Of a stretch of 64,000 nt of DNA, positions 37,485 through 47,101 are shown one piece after another. A model generated the notes under the pieces. It did not search any database. It was not told where the DNA came from and worked only from the letters and a program-made list of their open reading frames with translations. Positions within the stretch are counted from its first letter, which is position 1, and every line of letters starts with the position of its first letter. Where the stretch lies: positions 2,387-66,386 of the forward strand of contig CABQKL010000001.1 of the NCBI GenBank assembly GCA_902464645.1. Direction: 5' to 3'. The DNA is from an uncultured Collinsella sp. GTDB lineage: Bacteria > Actinomycetota > Coriobacteriia > Coriobacteriales > Coriobacteriaceae. The translations under genes were made by a program, and so were the position numbers.

Positions 37485-38789
37485 CTAATGGCGGGCGCGT
37501 ATCTTCACCAAACGCACCATGGCGAGCGCAAAGCCCACGGCGGCCACAGCCATGAGTACGTAGAACACCGAGCGAAAGCCGAACAGGAACACATCCGGAC
37601 GTCCTGCAACAAAACTGGTCACGGCCTCGCCCATCGCAACGCTCATCTGCCCATACAGGATATGCGACGCCGCCGTAATGCCCACTGCCATACCCGCATA
37701 GCGTGCCAGGCTACCCAGACTGCCAGCAAAGCCGAGCGCTTCGCGCGGAGCCGAGCCCATGTACAGCGAGTTATTGGGGCTCTGGAAAATCGACGTACCG
37801 CACGACATAAACGCGACGCAGCACACGATCACAGGGATGGAAGAGCGCTCGTCAAGCGTGCTTACCGCAAAGAGACCGCACACGTACACGCCCAGGCCGA
37901 CCGCCGTGGGACCCTCGCAGCCAACACGGTCCGAAACCGTTCCCGAAAGCGGGCCGATAAAGGCATTCACCATCGGCAACGCCAAAAAGAGCAATCCGGA
38001 AATGTCGGAACCAAAGCCGTGGGCGTCCTGAAAATAGAACGGCAGGATAAACTCAGATGCGCCAATACCAACGAACACGATGAGCATGCAAGCAAGGTTA
38101 ATGGTGAAGGCCGAATTTGCAAAGCAGCGACGAGCAGCCTCGATCAGGGATATGGGGCGCTCGCCGGCCTCCGGCTTAACATGCGGCAGCGTGTAGAGCC
38201 CCACGATAAACGAGATGACGCCAATAGGCAGGTTGATGAGGAAGATGCTCTCCCAGGGAAAGCTTGCCACCAGCATGCCACCCAGCACGGGGCCACACAT
38301 CATGCCGAGGGCCACGAAGGTCGCAAGAATACCCATGGCACGACCGCGCTCGCGAGCCGGAAACGACTCGGTGATGATACCCATGTTGTTGGCCATGGCC
38401 GCCGCGCAACCGACGCCCTGAACGATGCGTGCAAGAATAAGAACTTCGAGCGAGGCCGAAAGGCCGCAAAGCAGCGAACCGGCCGTAAAGACGATTACGC
38501 CCAGCTGGAATACGCCGACCTTGCCGCGCACGTCGCCCAGGCGGCCAAACGGCAGCATGGCCACGCACGTCACAAGCAGATACACCGAGCTCACCAGCTG
38601 AATGCGATCGAGGCCCACGCCCAGCTCCTTTTGCATCACGGGCAGCGCCACGGTCACGACGGTCGAATCCAGACACGACATAAACGTCATGATGAGCACG
38701 GTAAACAGAATCGCCCATTTGTTCTTGCCATGGGTGTCGCCCTCAAGGGCAATGTGCTCGCGGCGCAGCTGCTCTGCGGTTTTCTCCAT
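37485..38789 (-). CDS. MFS drug:H+ antiporter (EmrB/QacA-like)
   Basis: LDSTVVTVALP, GRLGDVRGK, ARIVQG, WESIFLINLPIG and FQSPNN motifs. Confidence 0.88.
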   Translation of the reverse strand: MEKTAEQLRREHIALEGDTHGKNKWAILFTVLIMTFMSCLDSTVVTVALPVMQKELGVGLDRIQLVSSVYLLVTCVAMLPFGRLGDVRGKVGVFQLGVIVFTAGSLLCGLSASLEVLILARIVQGVGCAAAMANNMGIITESFPARERGRAMGILATFVALGMMCGPVLGGMLVASFPWESIFLINLPIGVISFIVGLYTLPHVKPEAGERPISLIEAARRCFANSAFTINLACMLIVFVGIGASEFILPFYFQDAHGFGSDISGLLFLALPMVNAFIGPLSGTVSDRVGCEGPTAVGLGVYVCGLFAVSTLDERSSIPVIVCCVAFMSCGTSIFQSPNNSLYMGSAPREALGFAGSLGSLARYAGMAVGITAASHILYGQMSVAMGEAVTSFVAGRPDVFLFGFRSVFYVLMAVAAVGFALAMVRLVKIRARH

Positions 38790-38815
38790 ATCCATCCTTT
38801 CGAGTGGCGCAACGC

Positions 38816-38862
38816 AAAAACGGGACCCCAATCGCCTGCAAACAGTCGCGATTGGGGCCCCG
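38816..38862 (-). terminator. Intrinsic terminator downstream of metY
   Basis: Minus strand CGGGGCCCCAATCGC...GCGATTGGGGTCCCG followed by TTTTT. Confidence 0.75.
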
Positions 38863-38929
38863 CCTACGGAATCGGAACGAAAGGTCACCGAAGCTTTCGC
38901 CAGCATCGGCGCCTTGTGCGAACGCTAGC

Positions 38930-40213
38930 CTAGCACTGCTCGAGCGCCTGCTCAAGGTCGGCAATCAGATCGGCCGTGTCCTCGAGGCCGCACGACAGGC
39001 GCACCATGTCGGCAGAGATGCCACAGGCGATGAGCTCCTCATCGTTCATCTGGCGATGCGTGGCGTTAGCAGGATGCAAGCAGCAAGTGCGGGCGTCGGC
39101 CACGTGCGTGGCGATCTGGGCGAGCTTGAGGCTCTTCATAAAGGTCTCGGCCGCCGCGCGACCACCATTAAAGCCAAAGCTCACAACGCCGCAGGTACCG
39201 TTTGGCATGTACTTCTGAGCGAGGTCATAGTACTTGTCGCCCTCCAGGCCCGGATAGCTCACGAAGCGCACCTTGGGATGGCTCTGCAGGAACTTGGCAA
39301 CGGCCAGGCCGTTCTCGCAATGACGCGGCATGCGCACATGCAGGCTCTCGAGCGAGCTGTTCAAGAAGAACGCCGCCTGCGGGTTCTGCATGGGGCCAAG
39401 ATCGCGCATGAGCTGCGCGGTGGCCTTGGTAATGAAGGCGCCCTCGCGACCGAACTTCTCGGCATACGTCACGCCGTGGTAGCTCTCGTCAGGCGTGGTG
39501 AGACCCGGGAACTTGTCCGCATGGGCCATCCAGTCAAACTGGCCGTGGTCGACGATCACGCCGCCGAGGTAGGCAGCATGGCCATCCATGTACTTGGTGG
39601 TGGAGTGCGTAATGATGTCGGCGCCCCACTCAAAGGGACGGCACATCACGGGCGTCGGGAAGGTGTTGTCGACCATCAGCGGCACGCCGTGGTCGTGCGC
39701 GGCCTTGGCAAAGCGCTCAATATCAAGCACGGCAAGAGCGGGGTTAGCGATCGTCTCGCCAAAGACAAGCTTGGTATTGGGCTTAAAGGCTGCCCCAAGC
39801 TCCTCGTCGGTGCAGTCGGGGGCAACGAACGTGCAGGTCAGACCCATGCGCTCCATGGTATGAGCGAGCAGGTTGTAGGTACCGCCGTAGATGGCAGAGC
39901 TCGCGACTACGTGATCGCCGGCACCGGCCACGTTAAAGATCGCAAGGAAATTCGCGGCCATGCCCGAGCTCGTGAGCATCGCGGCAGTGCCGCCCTCCAT
40001 CTCGCAGATCTTGGCGGCAACCAGATCGCACGTGGGGTTCTGCAGACGGCTATAGAAGTAGCCCGACTCCTCCAGGTCGAATAGCTTGCCCATGTGCTCG
40101 GACGTGTCGTACTTCCACGTGGTTGACTGGTAGATAGGCACCTGACGCGGCTCGGCATCTCCCGGGTGATAGCCGCCCTGAACACACGTCGTACCGATGG
40201 TCTGCTCGCTCAT
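38930..40213 (-). CDS. metY: O-acetylhomoserine aminocarboxypropyltransferase (sulfhydrylase)
   Basis: PIYQST, YSRLQNPT, DNTF, HSTTKYMDGH and HPANATH motifs. Confidence 0.9.
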   Translation of the reverse strand: MSEQTIGTTCVQGGYHPGDAEPRQVPIYQSTTWKYDTSEHMGKLFDLEESGYFYSRLQNPTCDLVAAKICEMEGGTAAMLTSSGMAANFLAIFNVAGAGDHVVASSAIYGGTYNLLAHTMERMGLTCTFVAPDCTDEELGAAFKPNTKLVFGETIANPALAVLDIERFAKAAHDHGVPLMVDNTFPTPVMCRPFEWGADIITHSTTKYMDGHAAYLGGVIVDHGQFDWMAHADKFPGLTTPDESYHGVTYAEKFGREGAFITKATAQLMRDLGPMQNPQAAFFLNSSLESLHVRMPRHCENGLAVAKFLQSHPKVRFVSYPGLEGDKYYDLAQKYMPNGTCGVVSFGFNGGRAAAETFMKSLKLAQIATHVADARTCCLHPANATHRQMNDEELIACGISADMVRLSCGLEDTADLIADLEQALEQC

Positions 40214-40443
40214 ATCCAACTCCCTTACTTGGGTTTTGTTTTATTCGGTTCACGATACCGCTACCGCACACCCCTCTCAACCCATCCTCAAGGTGGGTTA
40301 TGAGACAAATGAATCGAGGGTGTTTGTCTCAACCTTAGGCATTTGTTTAATAGACAAAAAATGAGGCATAGATGGAGCTCTCGATGATTACATGCACCGG
40401 CACGGGTACCATAGGCGGGTACACCGTGACCAAGGAGACAACG

Positions 40444-40890
40444 ATGAAGCAAATCGATACGGCCCAGCTCGACATCACCGCCTGTCAGGCTCAGGCTGCC
40501 GAGTACCACGCCCGTGGCTTTAACTGCGCCCAGGCCGTCGCCTGCACGCTCGCGCCCGCCGTCGGGCTCGACCCCCAGATCGCCTTTACCCTCACCGAGG
40601 GCTTTGGTGCCGGCATGGGCGGCATGACCGAAACCTGCGGCGCCATCTCGGGAGCCGTGGCCATCATGGGCTTTGTAATGAGCGACGGCATGGAAAACCC
40701 CAAGACCAAGGGCCAGACCTACAAGCTGTCGCGCGAAATCGCCAAGCGTTTTGGCGAGAAGAACACGACGACCGTCTGCGGCACGCTCAAGGGCATCGGA
40801 TCGGATAAGGGTCCGCTCCGCAGCTGCCCTGGTTGCATCGACGATGCCATCGAGATCGCCTGTGATGTGCTAAAGCAGCTTGCCGAGTAA
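40444..40890 (+). CDS. C-GCAxxG-C-C family putative redox protein
   Basis: GFNCAQAV, GFGAGMG, TCGAISG and further Cys; SD AAGGAG. Confidence 0.85.
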   Translation: MKQIDTAQLDITACQAQAAEYHARGFNCAQAVACTLAPAVGLDPQIAFTLTEGFGAGMGGMTETCGAISGAVAIMGFVMSDGMENPKTKGQTYKLSREIAKRFGEKNTTTVCGTLKGIGSDKGPLRSCPGCIDDAIEIACDVLKQLAE

Positions 40891-40957
40891 ACGGCAGTAA
40901 CATAAAACCACGGCCGGCGCGCTTGGGATTCATCCAAAAGCACGCCGGCCGTCGTCG

Positions 40958-41596
40958 TTAGAACTCGGCAAATTCGGGATCGCCGACCTCGATCTCCTCG
41001 CGCCCCGCCATAAGCTCGCGCATCTTAGCGCAAAACGGCCCCTGCTCCCCCGCTTTAAACACCAAATGAAGTGTCACGGCATCCGCGTAATCGGTATCCG
41101 AAACCTTGGCACCCGAATCCTGCGCCAAACGAAGCACCTGCTCATACTGCGGATAGGCCACATGCACGTCAACCGGCACGACGCTTGTCATCTCGACAAT
41201 CTGCCCGGCCTCCCGAGCAGCTGCCACCGCCGCCTGCGTCGCCGCAGTATAGGCGCGCACCAAGCCACCAGGTCCCAACAGCGTGCCACCAAAATAGCGC
41301 GTCACCACGCAGCAAACATTTTTGAGCTCTGCGCCGCGCAACACCTCGAGCGTCGGCATACCGCTCGTGCGGCTCGGTTCACCGTCATCGCTCTGGCGCT
41401 CGCGTCCATCGACCAAAATCCACGCGGGCACATTATGCCGAGCGTCGTAATGACGCTTGCGAACCATCTCGATAAAGGCATTCGCCTCATCCTCGGACTC
41501 AATATGGACCAGCTGGGCAATAAACCGGCTCTTGCGGTCCACAAACTCGCCCGAAGCCTCAATATTCGACTGCAGAGTAAAATAGCTGTCCAACAA
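40958..41596 (-). CDS. YigZ/IMPACT family protein
   Basis: KSRFIA, ARHNV, SDDGEP and TRYFGGTLLGPGGLVRAY motifs. Confidence 0.92.
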   Translation of the reverse strand: MLDSYFTLQSNIEASGEFVDRKSRFIAQLVHIESEDEANAFIEMVRKRHYDARHNVPAWILVDGRERQSDDGEPSRTSGMPTLEVLRGAELKNVCCVVTRYFGGTLLGPGGLVRAYTAATQAAVAAAREAGQIVEMTSVVPVDVHVAYPQYEQVLRLAQDSGAKVSDTDYADAVTLHLVFKAGEQGPFCAKMRELMAGREEIEVGDPEFAEF

Positions 41597-41707
41597 AGCC
41601 CCTCAACAACAAGCAAAGCAACAAACAGCCTCAATAATACGGCAAAGTCCGTACCGTTAACCCCGATAAATAGAACGGCAACGCCAATGACCAACCAAAG
41701 ACAGCGA

Positions 41708-41914
41708 GACGGCGTCAGCTGAGTCGATTTGGCCCGAAAGAGGAGGGAGCACGCCTTATGGCGGCGACCGACGAATGAGCGCCAAATCGGCCAGCTGACG
41801 CCGTCGAAGGCGAGAACCCGTCAGCGCGAGCAAGGTGCCTTGAAAGACGAGGGCATTGACCTTATGGTCATGCCCGAAGGCTTGAAAGGCAGATTGCCGC
41901 GCTGACGGGTTCGC
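41708..41914. repeat. Two tandem long palindromic elements (RPE/ERIC-like, family C-related) downstream of rnpB
   Basis: 41708-41805: GACGGCGTCAGCTG..GATTTGGC...GCCAAATC..CAGCTGACGCCGTC with core CCGAAAGAGGAG also seen at 25001. 41810-41914: GAACCCGTCAGCGCG...CGCGCTGACGGGTTC with inner GGGCA-T-TGACC-TTAT-GGTCA-TGCCC. Confidence 0.8.
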
Positions 41915-41932
41915 AGCGTCAACATAGTTGCC

Positions 41933-42288
41933 AAGTGGGCCTATAAGCCGGGTTCTGTCGTGAACGGTCATTTATCTTGTCTGCACGTTACCGTGCAGCT
42001 CCACGCACGCTACCCGAACGCGGACCGGGCCGGCCCATAGCGTTCCTATTCGCGCTTGCTCCGGATGGGGCTTGCCAAGCCGCCGTGTTGCCACGACGCT
42101 GGTGGTCTCTTACACCACCGTTTCAGCTTTTCCCTTTACGCCTTGCGGCGCAGGTGGGAGTCTTCTTTTCTGCGGCGCTTTCCGTCGGATCACTCCGCCC
42201 GGCCGTTAGCCGGCATCCCGCCCTCTGGAGCCCGGACTTTCCTCACGCGTGCTGCAAGCAGCACATCGCGCGACCGTCTGGCCCACTC
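41933..42288 (-). ncRNA. rnpB: RNase P RNA (type A)
   Basis: Minus strand GAGGAAAGTCCGGGC near the 5' end and ACAGAACCCGGCTTATAG at the 3' end; P1 GAGTGGGCC/GGCCCACTT; extended -10 TGCTACACT upstream. Confidence 0.96.
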
Positions 42289-42571
42289 AGCAGTGCAAGA
42301 GTGTAGCACACCGTTGCCGCAAGCAATGGCACAACACAAGCGTTCGACACGATAAACCAAGAACCACGCTATACAGTACAATAGGGTCGTCGATGGGCAA
42401 CGTCATCAGTCGAGACGCGACCGCGCTCCGCACCCCTCCGTCTACTCGGTGCGTTCCCGCCTCCTCCCCGAGGCGGGATGTCGGCATTTTTCATGCACCG
42501 ACAATCCAATAGCCCGTGGACAGCCCGGGCGGCATTGCGCCCGGGCAGACTCGTGCATCAGCAGCAAATGC

Positions 42572-42605
42572 AAAAAGGGACCCGTCCGTTGCGGACGGAT
42601 CCCTT
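42572..42605 (-). terminator. rpsA terminator
   Basis: Minus strand AAGGGATCCGTCCG-CAA-CGGACGGGTCCCTTTTT. Confidence 0.8.
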
Positions 42606-42629
42606 AAAACAAGTGATCGTCAAACCGAT

Positions 42630-43796
42630 TTACTCGGCGTCGGTCTCCTCGTCCTTCTTCTCGGAAGGAAGCGGGGTAACCTCGATCTCGACGCCCAGAG
42701 TCTCAGCAGCGGACTTCATGGACAGGGAGATACGACGACGGTCGAGGTCGATCTCCATGACCTTGACCTGAACCTTGTCGCCCACGTGGGTGACCTGAGA
42801 AGGCTGATCGACGTGCTTGTTGGCCATCTCGGAGATGTGAACCAGGCCCTCGATGCCCTCGCCCAGGTCGACGAAAGCGCCGAACGGGACAAGCTTGGTC
42901 ACAGTGCCCTCGACGATAGCGCCGACGGGGTACTTCTTGACCAGTGCACGCCACGGATCCTCGGTGGTCTGCTTGAGACCCAGGGAGATGCGCTCGCGGT
43001 TGAGATCGACGTCGAGAACCTCGACCTCGACCTCCTGGCCGACCTTGACAACCTCGGAAGGATGGTTGACGTGGTTCCAGGAGAGCTCGGAGATGTGGAT
43101 GAGGCCGTCGATACCGCCGAGGTCGACGAAGGCGCCGAAGTCGACGATGGAGGAAACGGTGCCCTGGAGACGCATGCCAGACTTGAGCTTGGACAGGATC
43201 TCGGAGCGCTCGGCCTTACGGGACTCCTCGAGCACGACGCGACGGGAGAGGACAACGTTGTTGCGGTTGCGGTCCATCTCGATGACGCGGGCCTCGATGC
43301 GGGTGCCCATGTAGGAGGTGAGGTCCTTGACGCGACGGAGGTCGACGAGGGAAGCGGGCAGGAAGCCACGCAGGCCGATGTCGAGGATCAGGCCGCCCTT
43401 GACAACCTCGATAACCTCGCCCTCGACGTTCTCGCCGGAGTTGAACTTCTCCTCGATGCGGTTCCAAGCACGCTCGTACTCGGCACGCTTCTTGGACAGG
43501 ACCAGACGACCGTCCTTGTCCTCCTTCTGGAGAACCAGGGCCTCGATGGGATCACCGAGTGCAACGATGTCTGCAGGGTTAGCGTCCTTGCGGATGGACA
43601 GCTCGCGGACCGGGATAACGCCCTCGGACTTGAATCCGATGTCAACGAGCACCTCGTCATGCTCGATCTTAACGACAGTGCCGTTAACGAGATCGCCCTC
43701 ATCAAAGTCGGTAATCGTACCGTCGATGAGGTTGTTCATCTCCTCCTCGTTGACATCGTCAAGAGAGAAAATGGACGAGTTCTGAATCTCACTCAA
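42630..43796 (-). CDS. rpsA: 30S ribosomal protein S1 (four S1 domains)
   Basis: DIGFKSEG, GFLPASLVD, FGAFVDLG and GLIHISELSW motifs; TTG start. Confidence 0.96.
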   Translation of the reverse strand: MSEIQNSSIFSLDDVNEEEMNNLIDGTITDFDEGDLVNGTVVKIEHDEVLVDIGFKSEGVIPVRELSIRKDANPADIVALGDPIEALVLQKEDKDGRLVLSKKRAEYERAWNRIEEKFNSGENVEGEVIEVVKGGLILDIGLRGFLPASLVDLRRVKDLTSYMGTRIEARVIEMDRNRNNVVLSRRVVLEESRKAERSEILSKLKSGMRLQGTVSSIVDFGAFVDLGGIDGLIHISELSWNHVNHPSEVVKVGQEVEVEVLDVDLNRERISLGLKQTTEDPWRALVKKYPVGAIVEGTVTKLVPFGAFVDLGEGIEGLVHISEMANKHVDQPSQVTHVGDKVQVKVMEIDLDRRRISLSMKSAAETLGVEIEVTPLPSEKKDEETDAE

Positions 43797-44111
43797 AGGT
43801 GGACCCCTTTCGAACTACGGGGCCCCGATTGCTAGGACCTACAGAAGGGTGCGACAAGCACACAACGTTTAGGAACACTCGGGAGCCGACAGATACTAAT
43901 GTGACGCTTATGCAATCACGTTCGTATAGGTTACGGGGAAATCATTTCGATTTCAAGCGTGAACTGCGATTTTTTACTCGTGTGGAGACTTTTTCGTAAT
44001 CTTATGAACACACGTCTCCGCAACTTGACGATAACCAGCCAGGCATTCGGCTTTGGGGTAAAGTATCCGGAGCCAACGATTCTAGATCGATTTTTCGAGA
44101 AAGGTGCCCGC

Positions 44112-44870
44112 GTGCTCAAAGCAGTCGTTTTCGATATGGACGAGACGCTTCTTAGCATCAACCTCAACGCGTTCATCCTTCGCTATTTTAAGGATGTCTC
44201 GTCGATGCTCGCGGATATCGGGCGCCGCAGCCGCGGTGGCACGATGGCGCGCCTCGGCACCATTTTGGTCGACCTCAACGCCAACCGCCGAAGCGGCACG
44301 GACAACCGCACCAATCTTGAGTTTTACCGCACCGAGGTCGAGCGCAGGTGCGGCATCTGCCTCTCCGATCCGATCATCTACGAGGCGTTTACCTACTACG
44401 ACCGCGAAGTGCTTCCATACAAGAACGACGATGTCATTAACGCTCACGCCATGCCGGGCGCGCACGCCGCGCTCCAGGCAGTACAGGACGCAGGGCTGCG
44501 CTGCGCGCTCTTTACCAACCCCAGCTTTCCGCAGGGGGCCATCGAGTGCCGCATGGGCTGGGGCGACCTGGCCGACGCCCCCTTTGAGCTCGTCACGCAC
44601 ATGGGAAACACCACCCGCTGCAAGCCCGATGCCACCTACTATCTCGAGCAGCTTCAGGTGATGGGACTCGAGCCACACGAGGTCCTTATGGTGGGCAACG
44701 ACCCCAAGCGCGACTTCCCCAGTCCCGCCTGCGGCATTCAAACTGCCTATGTTGGCCAGGGAAAACCCGGCCGAGCCACCTGGCACGGAACCATGGAAGA
44801 CTTCGCCCACGACTTTAACGCCGTAATCGAAGCCTTCTACGAACACCAAGTAGCCGACGAACTGTCCTAG
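44112..44870 (+). CDS. HAD-family hydrolase
   Basis: FDMDETLL, TNP, KP and MVGND motifs; GTG start after GAAAGG. Confidence 0.85.
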   Translation: MLKAVVFDMDETLLSINLNAFILRYFKDVSSMLADIGRRSRGGTMARLGTILVDLNANRRSGTDNRTNLEFYRTEVERRCGICLSDPIIYEAFTYYDREVLPYKNDDVINAHAMPGAHAALQAVQDAGLRCALFTNPSFPQGAIECRMGWGDLADAPFELVTHMGNTTRCKPDATYYLEQLQVMGLEPHEVLMVGNDPKRDFPSPACGIQTAYVGQGKPGRATWHGTMEDFAHDFNAVIEAFYEHQVADELS

Positions 44871-46186
44871 CACACTTGGGTTTTGCCGATCATGATGTTG
44901 AGGATCTCGACGTCGGTGTCCTTCATGCCCACGCGGCCTACGTAGCCCATGCTGGCGATTGTCTGCTCGACGGTATCCTGGATCAGGCCCTCGCCGGCGC
45001 GGAAGCCGCGGCCTTGCATGGCCATATCGTGGCCCAGAATCGCCGCATCGACGGCTGCGGAAATCTTGGCGGCACAGCTCGCCTTGGCGCCGTCGCACAC
45101 GATGCCGCCCACGTTACCGAGCGTATTCGAAACCGTCGCGCCGATCTGCTCGCGCGTGCCACCGCACAGCCAGGTAATCGCAGCACCGGCGCCGCACGCG
45201 GCGCAAATAGCACCGCAAAACGCCGAGAGCGCACCAATATAGCTCTTGATATGCACGGCAATAAGATCGGACAGCATCACGGCGCGCACCAGGCGCTCGT
45301 GGTCGCAACGCAGATACTCGGCATACTCCATGACGGGCAATGCGCAGGTAATGCCCTGATTGCCCGAGCCGCACACAATGGCGACCGGCAGCGCGCAACC
45401 GTTCATGCGGGCGTCGGACCCTGCGGCCGCACGGGCACGGGCGCGGCAGGCGACGTCATCGGCGCGAGCGCCCAGCAGCGTACGACCAACCTCGGCGCCC
45501 CAAGCGTGCGCAAGGCCCTCGGCGCTGATCGCGCCATTCAGCTCAATCTGACGCTCAACGGCAGCGCGGGCGTCCTCAATGTCACCGTCCTCGATAAAGT
45601 CGATGATGGACTCAATCGACATGGGCGTGTCGGCCTTATCCGCCGCCCGCTCAGCCACCACGCGCTCGGCGCATGCGGCACACTCCCCCGCCGACTTGCC
45701 GCATACCGGAATACCGTCGAGCGTATGGCACGTGACGTTGGTGTGGTGATCGGTAATCTCGACGACCGCGGTATGGCCCCCGGCCGTCGCAGTCACCTTG
45801 ATGTAGAGGTTGGGCACGCCCTCGACAAGCGACACATCGCAGTAGCCGGCGTCGGCGAGGAGCTCGGCCACGCGAGCGCGGTCTTCATCGTTAACGCTCT
45901 CGAGCACCTCGAGTGCGCTCTTAGCGTCGCCGCCCACGGCACCCAGCACGGCCGCGGCCTCAATACCGTGCATACCGCCCGAGTTGGGCACGGTCACACT
46001 CTTAACGTTCTTGATGATGTTGCCCGAGCAGGCAACGTCCATATGGTCGGGTTCGCAACCGAGCGTCTGGCTCGCCAGCGCCGCTGCATAGGCAACGGCA
46101 ATGGGCTCGGTGCAGCCGAGCGCGCAGACAAGTTCGCGGTTCAAAACATCACAAAACGCGGCATCACGGATGGAATCGGTGGGCAT
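44867..46186 (-). CDS. L-cysteine desulfidase (CyuA/YhaM family)
   Basis: ALGCTEPIA, NIIKN, SDARMNG, GSGNQG, LSAFCG and CDGAKASCAAK motifs. Confidence 0.88.
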   Translation of the reverse strand: MPTDSIRDAAFCDVLNRELVCALGCTEPIAVAYAAALASQTLGCEPDHMDVACSGNIIKNVKSVTVPNSGGMHGIEAAAVLGAVGGDAKSALEVLESVNDEDRARVAELLADAGYCDVSLVEGVPNLYIKVTATAGGHTAVVEITDHHTNVTCHTLDGIPVCGKSAGECAACAERVVAERAADKADTPMSIESIIDFIEDGDIEDARAAVERQIELNGAISAEGLAHAWGAEVGRTLLGARADDVACRARARAAAGSDARMNGCALPVAIVCGSGNQGITCALPVMEYAEYLRCDHERLVRAVMLSDLIAVHIKSYIGALSAFCGAICAACGAGAAITWLCGGTREQIGATVSNTLGNVGGIVCDGAKASCAAKISAAVDAAILGHDMAMQGRGFRAGEGLIQDTVEQTIASMGYVGRVGMKDTDVEILNIMIGKTQVC

Positions 46187-46456
46187 AGGTATCTCCTGCT
46201 TGCATAACGGGCTGGGCTCTCAAAAAAGTTAGCTCCTTTATTTGATAACAATGCATCAAAAACCGCAACCATGGTTCCGGCGGACGGCGCTCAAGCACAA
46301 ACTGACAGCATTCATTCATGAGAAGTAAGTCTTGTTGCATGCTAAAGCGTTTGACCAAAAAACGCCCGAGCGTTTACACAAAAGTCGCGCTATCATGCAG
46401 TCGAACGCGGTAAAACCTTTAGCAATCTCGCCGCACAGACCAGAGAGGAACCATCT

Positions 46457-46924
46457 ATGAAGATCGGTATCGGTAACGACCACGCCGCCGTCGAGCTCAA
46501 GAACATCATCTCCGAGCACCTGAAGGAGCGCGGCTGCGAGGTCGTGAACTTTGGCACTGACACCTCCGAGAGCTTTGACTACCCCATCGCCGGCTACAAG
46601 GTGGGAAAGGCCGTTGCCAACGGCGACGTCGACCTGGGCATCCTGATCTGTGGCACCGGCGTCGGGATTAGCCTGGCTGCCAACAAAGTGGAGGGCGTAC
46701 GCGCCGTCGTGTGCTCCGAGCCCTTCAGCGCCAAGCTATCGCGCATGCACAACAACACCAACGTGCTCGCCTTTGGTGCTCGCGTCGTGGGCTCCGAGCT
46801 CGCCAAGATGATTGTCGATGAGTGGCTCGACGCCGAGTTTGAGGGCGGCCGCCACGAGCGTCGCGTTAACCTTCTCAACGAGATCGACCACACGCGCGGC
46901 CTCAAGGTTGTCGACGAGGCCTAA
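46457..46924 (+). CDS. rpiB: Ribose-5-phosphate isomerase B
   Basis: GNDHAA, DYP, CGTGVG, ANKV, HNNTNVL and FEGGRHERRV motifs. Confidence 0.95.
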   Translation: MKIGIGNDHAAVELKNIISEHLKERGCEVVNFGTDTSESFDYPIAGYKVGKAVANGDVDLGILICGTGVGISLAANKVEGVRAVVCSEPFSAKLSRMHNNTNVLAFGARVVGSELAKMIVDEWLDAEFEGGRHERRVNLLNEIDHTRGLKVVDEA

Positions 46925-47101
46925 AGACCTACAAAGCCATACGCTAACGCCGGCCCCCACCCGGAAGAAACATCCGGACGGGGGCTCTTTAGTAGATTTC
47001 TAGGCGTTTACCAAAAATCAACCGGAATAAAAAGGGCGCCGCGGATGGAATTCCGCGGCGCCAAAGCCACACGCTAACAGCTTTAAGGAGTCAAAGCTGG
47101 T

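Noticed and set aside
41302..41694. Hydrophobic 130-aa minus-strand ORF overlapping yigZ
   Set aside because: Mostly overlaps yigZ in another frame, with no SD and no recognisable family.
41708..41914. SRP (4.5S) RNA
   Set aside because: Long hairpins, but the conserved CAGG-N-GRAA-N-AGCAG domain IV motif is absent on both strands.
46164..46358. Cys-Cys-containing upstream ORF before the cysteine desulfidase as a Cys leader peptide
   Set aside because: No SD before any of its start codons and no supporting structure; probably chance.
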